A program made the translations under genes and the position numbers. DNA of 63,942 nt, filler included, from Chrysochromulina tobinii (lineage: Eukaryota): assembly GCA_001275005.1 (NCBI GenBank). It is 9 parts of 9 records of this genome, joined end to end, with 100 filler letters (N's around TTAATTAATTAA, not from the genome) between each part and the next. Parts side by side here need not be neighbours in the genome. Positions count along the whole stretch, not along the records: positions 45,081 to 57,667 come from JWZX01000342.1; positions 57,768 to 61,595 come from JWZX01000344.1; positions 61,696 to 63,942 come from JWZX01000345.1; 6 more parts are not named here. One strand, 5' to 3'. Shown here one piece after another: positions 55,307-63,942 of the stretch. Below the pieces are notes generated by a model. That model was not told the origin of the DNA and did not search any database. It was given only the letters and a program-made list of their open reading frames with translations. Numbering within the stretch: position 1 is the first letter of the stretch; each line of letters starts with the position of its first letter.

Positions 55307-57631
55307 ATGCTGGCATCGGCAGACCAGCTCTCGAGCCTCACCATCAAGCCGCTCAAGGCACTCTGCGCCGCACACGGCATCGATCACGGCCTCTCCGGCA
55401 AGAAGAAGTCTGAGCACGTGCAGCGGCTGCTCACGATCAAGAAGGTGACCGCCGCCGAGTGCCAGCGCCACCACGCGGCCGCGGCCGCGGCGCCCGCCAA
55501 GTCGCCGTCCAAGTCGGGCGCCGCGCGCAAGGCGACTCAGAAGAAAGCCCTCGAAGCCTACTTTTCGTCGGGTGGGCGAGGCATCCAGTGCACCAAGTGC
55601 GGATATCCGCTCCTCGAGGTCCAGGAGATCAAATCGCTGCACGGCAATCACTCCTTCACGAATGTGTCGTGCTGCCGCTATCCGCAGTGCAAAGGAAACA
55701 ACGGGCTCCTCGGTGCGTACTTGGAGCTGTGCAAGCTTCGCATGCCGCGCATTCGATTCGAGGCGCACAGCCTTGAAGGCATCAACGGCGCCACGAGGCA
55801 CACGTTCTCGGTGAGCGTGGAGGCGGTGCATGCGGAGGTCCTCGAGGAGCTGGTGACGAGACATCAGCTCACGCGCCTCATATTACCCCTACCGGCCGCC
55901 GACCGCTCGGACTTTGCATCGCCGGACGCGCCGCGCCGCGGCCACATATTTGAGTTTGGCTCCCTGCGCGTGGTTTTGGGAGCGGCAAGGCGGCTGGCGG
56001 CCGCGCGGCAGGGAGTGCGAGTGAGCGGGCTGGCCGAGTGCGAGAAGCAGCTCGAGCTCTTCCGGCACGCGGCCGGGCTGCCGAGCGAGTCGGGGTTCGA
56101 AACTGGCAGCGCCGCCGCCACAGCCACCGGCAGCGCCGCCGGCGCCTCTGCCGACGCTCCTCTCTCGACGGCGCGCAAGCCGGCGGCCGCCGCCGAGGAC
56201 CGAGCGCGCGTGGCTCATTACGGCGCGGCGCGCGTGCGTGTTCAGAACTACGTCGAGGACCACGTCCTCGCAGCGGCGGGCGAGGCGCGGCTGGTTGCAT
56301 GCGGGCTGTGGGGAAGGCTGCGCTCGTACCAACGGGAAGGGGTGCTGCGGGCCCTGCGCATGGGGGGCACGTGCCTGATCGCGGACGAGATGGGGCTAGG
56401 CAAGTCGCTCACCGCGCTCGCGATCGTCGCCGCACTCGATGCGTGGCCTTGCCTCGCGATCGTTCCCGCCGTGTGCCGTCGCGGCTGGGCAGAGGAAGCA
56501 GAGCGATGGCTAGGCGGCCTTCTTGCCCCGTCGGACATCCACGTCGTGTACGACCAGTTCGGCGCCTTGGAGGAGGGCCGCCCGGTGCCGCGCCTCGTGC
56601 TTGTGTCGCCCAAGATGGCCGACTTTACGCACCAGCATGCCAGCCTCGCGAGGCGCTCGTGGGGCTCATGCATTCTTGACGAAGCACATGCATGCATCAC
56701 GACCAACGCGCTGCGCGCCGAGGAGTCGGACCAGACGAAGGCGCTCATGCAGCTGCTCAAGCTGATCCCTCACCGGCTGCTGCTCACGGGCACCCCTGCC
56801 GTTGCCAAGGCCTTCGACTCGTTCAACCAGGTGCAACTGCTCCGTCCGGGGCTGCTCGGAGTGAACAAGTTTGAGTTCCGTCATCGGTTTTTCGACGAAG
56901 CCACGGGTGCATGCAAGCTGCCTCGTCAGCTGCCGCTGCTGCTCCATCGGTTCGTCATGATCCGGCGCACCAAGGCGCAGGTGATGCAGGCGCTGCCCGA
57001 GCGCACAGACATCTTCGTCACGCTACCCGTCGGGCGCGATGCATGCAAGGCACTCCTCCGAGACTATGCACCAACGGAGGAGCAGCGCGCCGTAGCGGCC
57101 ATGGCGGCCGCGGGCCAGGCGGCCAAGCAGGCCGAGGCGGCGGCCAAGGCGGCGGCCAAGGCGGCGGCCAAGGCGGCGGCCAAACTGGCGAGGGGGGGCA
57201 AGCGGGCCGCGACGGCCGGCATCACTGAGGCGGGGGCGGCGGCAGAGCCCGCGGAGGAGGCGGAGGAGGAGGAGAAGGAAGAAGCAGCAGCGGGAGAGGA
57301 TTCCGAGCCTACGGACTCGTTGCGCGTGGCGGGCATCAAGTCAACGGCTCATCGCGTCGGCCTGCTCAAGGCGATCGTCCTCGCTCGGGATGGCTCGTGG
57401 CTGCACGAGCGGCTGCGCGCCCTCGTGTACGCCGCGATCGAAGCCCTCGCCACCGGCGCCGGCGCGGCGGGCGGGCGAGCTGGGCAGCCTCGCAAGCTCG
57501 TCATCTTTGCTCATCACGAGCTGGTGATGACGTCCCTCGAACGAACGATCCAAACGCGCCTCGCAGAGCTGTCGGCCGGTGGCGGCCTCGGCCGCGGGGG
57601 ACGCGGCAGCGGAGGCGGCGGCGGCGGCGGA

Positions 57632-57667
<36 letters not shown>
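55307..57667 (+). CDS. SMARCAL1/ZRANB3-like SNF2 annealing helicase, 3'-partial, with N-terminal SAP-like and Cys-rich motifs
   Basis: [60 protein letters not shown]...CCRYPQC. Confidence 0.8.
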
Positions 57668-57767
57668 NNNNNNNNNNNNNNNNNNNNNNNNNNNNNNNNN
57701 NNNNNNNNNNNTTAATTAATTAANNNNNNNNNNNNNNNNNNNNNNNNNNNNNNNNNNNNNNNNNNNN
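57668..57767. other. Artificial contig linker
   Basis: N44-TTAATTAATTAA-N44. Confidence 0.99.
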
Positions 57768-57953
57768 CCCGTGTATTTCCAGGGGGTAGCCATGAAACCC
57801 GGCTGCCTCAGCGGCGCGGGAATCTTACTGCACAACAATCTAGCGGGCTCACGCTCAGCCCGTTACACACTAATTTGGTAAACACAGTCGACGGTTAGGG
57901 ATTGCATGCCGCTGCATGCCTCCGGGACCAGGGGTGTGGCCTGGCAGGCCTCA
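57768..57953 (-). repeat. Putative 3' LTR (truncated) of the copia element
   Basis: Minus strand GATTGGGGGCGCGCG followed by TGAGG shortly after the pol stop. No second LTR available to confirm. Confidence 0.45.
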
Positions 57954-58029
57954 CGCGCGCCCCCAATCTGGCCTACGTATCGCGTAGGGCCGATTGTTAG
58001 TGGGACCGGTATGTCACCGTTTCCTTCCG

Positions 58030-61000
58030 TCACTGGTCTTCGTATCTCGCATCCGAATCGTAGAAGAACTCCGGGTCTTCGAAGCACGAGGGCTCGTAAG
58101 TGGATGGCCCCGGGAGGCCGTTGTCGTCAAGTCGAACGGCAACGTGCTTTGGGTCTGCATGCGCCGTGTCAGGCGGGGGGCCGAGTTGGGCGGGCACGAC
58201 GGGGTTAGGCAGCGGCGCATCGAGCGGGGTCCCGGGTTGCACCACGGGGCTAGGCAGCGGTGCTTGGTACTTCCGCTTGCTAGAGCGCAACGTCATGAAT
58301 GAGGGACCCGCCTCGAGCGCCGAGACCTCTAGCGTGAACATTTCGGGCTTGGCGTGTTTCGTGGAATGATCGCCGTACGGGTCGCCGTCGTCGTCGTCGT
58401 CCGCGCGAGCGGTGTTGCGGTGCTGCTCTGCGCGGCGCTTGCGCTCGTTGATCACCGTGAAGTAGGACATCCATTCATCCTTGACATCTTCGTAGTCTTT
58501 TTCAGACATCTCCTCGTGGTGACCCCATCCTGGTGCGTCGGTTGGCTTGGCAGCGACGCTCTGGGATGAGGGGAAGGGCGAGAGGCGGGCGGCGCGCTCG
58601 GCTTCCTTGAGCTCGATGGAGGCGATGGCCTGGAGCACCAGTGACAGCTTGGCTCCCGTGCCAAGGTACAGGGCGACCGTACCGTTGGCAACGTTTCCGA
58701 AGGTGATCGGATCGCCGCGGTCAGTGACAAGCTGGGCAAGCTCGTCGTTGCGCTTTCTGAACGAATCGTAGTCGAACTGCAGCTCGTCGGGGGCTGGCAT
58801 GTTGCCAGCGTATACGGCGTACAGCTGTCCGAGGCGTTCAGTTCGCGCGGCGGGCGGGAGGTCGAAATCGGCGAGCAGGCCGGTCGTCTTACGCATCGTC
58901 GGTTCCGCAGCCGAGGCAGCGGCGTTCGTCAGTACGAAAGGCTCCAGCTTGGTAGCCGTGGTCGGGTCATCCCGGATCCAGAGGTAGGGAACGGCGTCGA
59001 CTTTGAGCGTCGGGGTCTCAAGGGCTGATGCTTCGGCGCTCGTGGAGATCTGGTTCTTGGAGTTGGTGAGGTACGCGACCGCCGTATCCGTCTGCTTCTT
59101 GCCCTTCCACTTCGTCATAAAGTCGACGGGCATGGACGCCGTGTCGACCTTGGCGAGAGTGATGTTGCCCTGGCGTACGTGCGCCCGAATGTGCGCCCAC
59201 CGGCGCACCGCGTGCTTCGCTTTGCCAGGCGTGGCCGTACCGAGGCCGAGTGTCAGGTTGGCCGAGTTGTCCGTGCCGATCATGATGGGGCTGGTCGGCG
59301 GGTGGCCGAAGGCGCGCAGGATCTCGATCGCGTACACTGCGACTTGCGAGGCGCGCTCAGTGGCGACGCTCTCGTTCCCGACGCTCCCGAGCTCGTCGAT
59401 GATCTCGGCGACCGTGCTGATCTTCTTGACCGCGTGCGCGACAACTCCGCCGTTGTGCGTGAGGACCAGCGCATAGACGGAGCGGCCGTCGACGTTGGCG
59501 TCGGCATGGACTTCCGGCTGTTCGGGTGCCGTTGCCTCGAGGTCCACGTTCGCGAAGAGCCCGCCTTGCAGCATGACGCGTTCAGCGAGTTGGCCGCCGT
59601 AGGTGATGCCTTCTTTGCGCCGCGCGTAGAGGGCGGCGATGAGCGAGCGCGCGACTGTGAGTGCTTCGGGTTGCTTGGCCATCGAAGCCACGCACGCGAG
59701 GCGGTGTTGGAAGAGGCTGAAGCGCAGTTGGACGCCGGCGACGATGTATGATGTAGCGCCGGCAATCTGTTGCGTTTCCTTGCCGGCCGTGCACATTTTC
59801 TTAGGCATAATCTCAGGCTTGCACAGGGCGTCGGCCGCCGCTTGCAGCTTGATGCCGCTCAGGATGTCGGCGGGCAGAGGCGCATCGACATCGAGGAGCT
59901 CGGGCACGTAGTCGCGCGCCAGTTGCACGATGTGCTGATCCATCGTGAGCGTGACGATGGAGCCGTCGGCAGACCATGCGAGCGCATAACCATTCCACGA
60001 GAGCGGCTTATACTTGACGGTGACGTCTTCGTCGCCGTAGCTCTTCTTGAAGTGCGTGATGAGGCGCTCCGTCAGGACGCGGTTGCGCCCACCAGTTTCC
60101 TTGTAGAGGATGTCGTCAACGTTGGTGATGATCACGAGGAAGCTGTCCACGTTCACGTCTTCCATGAACCAGGCGCCTGGCACCGTGAGGGACTCGGTCA
60201 TGCCTGCCTCGACGAGGCGCTTGTTGCGGTCCTGCTCCCATTCGTTGCCCGCGGCGGCCTCTCCCCAGATTGGGGCGCCGAGCTTGTAGCAGAGCTGGTC
60301 GCCCTCATCGTCGTACATCTTCTCGTAGGTCTCCATGAAGCCAACATCGCGGAGGCGTGCGGCCTTCGGATACGCGTTCTTGAAGTCCGTGGACGTGACG
60401 TCGTTCGGGACGCGGCGGAGCTTTGGGTCCTTGGCCATCAGCTCACGCAGTGTGGCCGCTTGGGCTTGCTCGTCTTGGCCATCTCGCCAAGGGAGGACGC
60501 GGCGTCCTTGGTCGTCTTGAACGTCGCCGAGGGTTGCCGTAGAGAGCATGAGCTTGAACTGCAGGTTGTCCGAGATCGTCGCGTGCGTGGCGGCGTAGTC
60601 CTCAACGCCCCTCGCGATCTGGATGCGCTTGACCTGGTCACCGGCGGAGCAGAGCCTGGATTTGAACTTGAGCAGTTCATGCGTCACGAGGTCCTTCTTC
60701 ACGGAGTCCTGCATCACGACCGGGGAGATGATCGCCCCGAGCGCCTTGGCCACCTTGCGCTTCTCCATCGTGTTCAGCGGGTTCGAGAGGACGGATTCGT
60801 GAGCCGCTTGATGCGAGAGGCGCCATGCAGCCTCGTTCGGGTCGGCCTTGAGCGCGCGCTCGTTCTTGGGGATGGTGATCGTGTACCACTCACCGCTCGC
60901 CGACTTGACGTCGACGATGTTCTTGAGCGCCTTGGAGACCTCGAGATCGTCGGCCAGCTCGGTGGCGCTCACCTCGGTCTGGAACGGGTCGATCTTGTTG

Positions 61001-61595
61001 AGGGCGCACTCGAGCTGGTGGATGTGCTCGCGTGCCTTGTCAAGCTCCTCGATCGACTGCACTTCGATTGGCACGATGTGGCCGAGCCATTGGTGCGCGA
61101 TTGCATTGAAGGTGTCAATGGCCGCAGTCTCCGAGAGCCCTGGGAGGACGCGCTCGAGCGCGGCCGAGACCGGCATTGTCAGCCCGGTCGATCGCAGGAC
61201 TCGACGTGGCGCCCCCTGCTGCAGCGCTATCACTGGGAAGGGCGCGGCAGGCACGGGTGCAGCAGCGGCAGGCGAGGGCGCGTTGAGCAGCCGCCACGGT
61301 TGGTGCTGCGATGTGAGGTCAAAGAGCTTGCCCTTCCACTTCGGATCGTCGGCCCAGCTCCTGTCATCCCAGCTCAGCTCGGTGAACACCTTGCCCGACT
61401 CTTGCTTGTGGGACTTGGTGACCGTGGCCGGGAACCATGTAGGCTTCTGCTTGTCCGTGTCGAAGCACATCTCGAGTCGCGTGCCATCAGGCAGCGGCTC
61501 GTAGCCTGCCTGGATGATGATCGGGGCGGGCGGTGGCTTCGGCGGGGCAGCGAGCACGAGCGGCGCGTAGGTCGCATCGTCGTCCGTCTGCACTT
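58030..61595 (-). mobile_element. Ty1/copia LTR retrotransposon pol (RT-RNase H), 5'-partial, uninterrupted
   Basis: RT: FKSRLCSAG, TDFKNAY, PIWGEAAAGNEW, ITNVDDIL. RNase H: HADAN, NESVA, GTDNSAN, KAKH, VDTASMPVDFMTK. Confidence 0.9.
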
Positions 61596-61695
61596 NNNNN
61601 NNNNNNNNNNNNNNNNNNNNNNNNNNNNNNNNNNNNNNNTTAATTAATTAANNNNNNNNNNNNNNNNNNNNNNNNNNNNNNNNNNNNNNNNNNNN
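61596..61695. other. Artificial contig linker
   Basis: N44-TTAATTAATTAA-N44. Confidence 0.99.
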
Positions 61696-63942
61696 GGATA
61701 TACTGGCGTCCTATGGCGATTTGGGAAGTTGTGGACCCCGCCCACGTCGAGCGCTTCCATGATCCTGATTACTTGAGGGTTGGTTTCGAGTGGCGCCTTC
61801 TTCATGAACTCGATCGATTCTGCGCCGCCTCCTTTGATGTTTGCGTGGACGAGGCGGTAGTAGATGGTGTCCCAGTCGCAGGTGGATACGATCCTGACGG
61901 ATGTTGAGAGGCTGGAGATGAAGTCCCCCGGCCGTAGGTCCCTGGGCCTTGGCTTAATTGTAGTCTCTTCGTGTCGCGTCTCGACGTACATTCCAAGGGT
62001 CTTGGTGATTTCGTCGAGCCCGAAGTCGTGCAGTGGATCGTCCCAGTATTCGACCGTCGCGCGCTTGCTCTCCGTGCGTTGTGTTGTACTCGACGGCATC
62101 GTGGATAGGGATACGGACACGCCGTCACTGTTGATGAGGCTTTCATCCCTATAGTAGCCGATGCCGCGTGGCCCATTCTTGAAAGTCATGCCTAGACGTG
62201 CTCCCCGCCATTTGTCGGATGCAGTGAAGGTGATGTCATTGTCGATAGGGAGGGAATGTATCGCGGGCGGCAGCGAAAGCGGCGGCGGTGGTGGGGTTGC
62301 TGACGCTGACGATGCACGCGCGCGCTTACTGTGGCGGCGTCCAGCTCCATTGAGTACCCCCAATGCATGCAGGGTACTTTTCGCGCGGATACCATAGTGT
62401 CCGACGGTACGCTCGTCTTCGACCTGCTTACCTTCGAAGATAAGGCGCTGGTGGTGGGCAGGTATACCTGCCTTATCGTCGATTCTTGCCTTGACATCGG
62501 CGATGGAGGTGAGTGGTGTGACATCGAGAGTGGTCGTAGCACCATCAAACTTCCTCACAAAGATCTGGATGCATTTGGGGAGGTCATCGGTCCTGCCGTG
62601 GATTCGTGGTGGTGGGGCGATGCAGGCTGCTATCTCCGTGGCTTTGAGTATAGCATGGGGCTTGAGTTCCAAATGCACCCGTTCCGAGAAGGTGATGGAT
62701 ATAGCGAGTGCGCAGCGGCGTGGCTTCGGATCGTCGACTTTGCAGCTCGCCGCAGGCTTCTGTACGAGGGCAGGCGTGGCGGACGTTCCTTGTGCAAGCG
62801 GTGCTGGGCGCGGTCGGGCGCATGTGTGCTTGCGACACGATGGCAGTGCACGTGCAGATGCGCGCATGAGTCGACGGCTTGCACGGTGCGCACGGCGCCG
62901 CGCCTGCAAGGGCGGTAGTTCGTGGTGGCACTCCTTGCGCGATGTAGTGTTGCGGGCACATCGTCTTGGCTGCGGCCTCAGTTGGTGGGAAGCGTCCTTG
63001 TTTGGATCCCACTGTTCTCCGCGCATCTGGGGCTTCGAGCGGCTCCTGGACTGCGAGTTGGTGGTGACGTTGCCCTTCGCATACTGTGGTTCGGTGTAGT
63101 TGGTTTCGCCATCGTCGACTCCGAAAACCACCGGGGCTGACCCACGAAGGTAGGGTGCATTGGCGTACCGAAGACGCAGGCGCGAACGCAGGCATGGTGG
63201 CAGCAGGCACAGTGCGGAGTTCAGGGTACTTGCGTGCCTGGCCATTATTTCGCATCGGGCGGGCGCGATGAAGTGGTAGTCGAAGTTTGCGTCGGCTTTG
63301 GCAGCGGCGATGGCAGTGGCGATGGCGGCGACGGCGACGGTGGTGGCCATCTTCTTGTCATTGGCTTCAACGATGGCCATCTTGCGCGTGCTGACCGTGG
63401 TGGCGGTCGATGCCGGTGTCTTTGGCTCGTCTCGAGTCTTCGTCTGCTTGATCTCAGGCTTGATCTCTTCATCCTTCTGCTTGGGCACAGTCACCGTCTC
63501 GGTCTTCGGATGGTCGTGGGTTCTCGACTTGCGTGTCTTACCCGTAACGAGTTCGAATACCAGAGTCTGCGGCTGATTGTACTTCTCGAACTCTTCGACG
63601 TCCTTGATCGCCTGCAGCGTCGCCCTTTTCTCGCGGTCTTCGTCCCAGTTGTTCCCTTCGACGTGCTGTTTAGCCTTGCACTCGGGTACCATGTGCTTGC
63701 TGACATCGGGCTGTACTTCGTACGTCTTAGCTGCTTCGGGCATTTTAGGCATCTTGGTTGCGTCGGGCATCTCGATCTGCTTGAGGCGGAGCAGCTGCTC
63801 GTGGAGCTTGCTGACAGGGTCCTTAGGCTTCTCGGGCGCCATGTTACCGAGGGCCGGCCATTCCACATCTGCGGACTGTACGTCGGTCAGTGCATTGAAG
63901 TGATGCGACTCGTACACGATGTCGATTGGCACCCCCTCAAAA
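61696..63942 (-). CDS. Partial ORF (open at both ends) with an internal ubiquitin-like domain (~62335-62570)
   Basis: IQIFVRKFDGATTTLDV...VKARIDDKAGIPAHHQRLIFEGKQVEDERTVGHYGI...LNGAG, followed by FKNGPRGIGYYRD. Confidence 0.6.

Noticed and set aside
54204..55316. ArsM pseudogene or two separate ORFs
   Set aside because: The TGA sits at the conserved Cys position and a SECIS is present, so Sec recoding explains it better.
57608..57667. (GGC)n poly-Gly run at contig end
   Set aside because: Ordinary trinucleotide microsatellite that explains the assembly break.
11652..61695. Recurrent TTAATTAATTAA palindromes, and gene neighbourhoods across N gaps
   Set aside because: These are identical artificial 100-nt linkers. 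Adjacency of contigs carries no biological meaning, and ORFs running into X/LIN are artefacts.

Overview
This window is not one locus. It is nine separate contigs (1-11651, 11752-16754, 16855-19690, 19791-28099, 28200-38133, 38234-44980, 45081-57667, 57768-61595, 61696-63942) joined by artificial 100-nt N/TTAATTAATTAA/N linkers. The DNA is GC-rich and eukaryotic, with GT-AG introns. The gene families point to a haptophyte alga, probably Chrysochromulina/Prymnesiales-like (inference). Recognisable genes: an FAD-oxidase/SDR fusion, several glycan-active enzymes, a CHD-type remodeller with AP2/MBD/Tudor-like modules, a serpin, a HET-like/LRR protein, a modular NLRC3-like LRR protein, two inverted SSNA1 copies, ACL5-like thermospermine synthase, CEP95-like, RPF2, an arsenite methyltransferase and a SMARCAL1/ZRANB3-like helicase. 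Mobile and repeat DNA: a Helitron fragment, a non-LTR RLE fragment, a copia pol and a ~135-bp satellite. Best leads: (1) an LTR-PBS...PPT-LTR retroelement whose 5.6-kb interior is a chimeric ORF of captured chromatin genes (PWWP, Tudor-like, HMG, headless SMC3) instead of gag-pol; (2) a selenoprotein ArsM with two in-frame UGA codons and a canonical SECIS; (3) an LRR gene built from shuffled cassettes with hypervariable loops and an in-frame captured NnrU-like fragment; (4) a 9.9-kb contig that circularises in frame through a coding 60-bp repeat. All family calls come from motif recognition by eye; no database searches were run.
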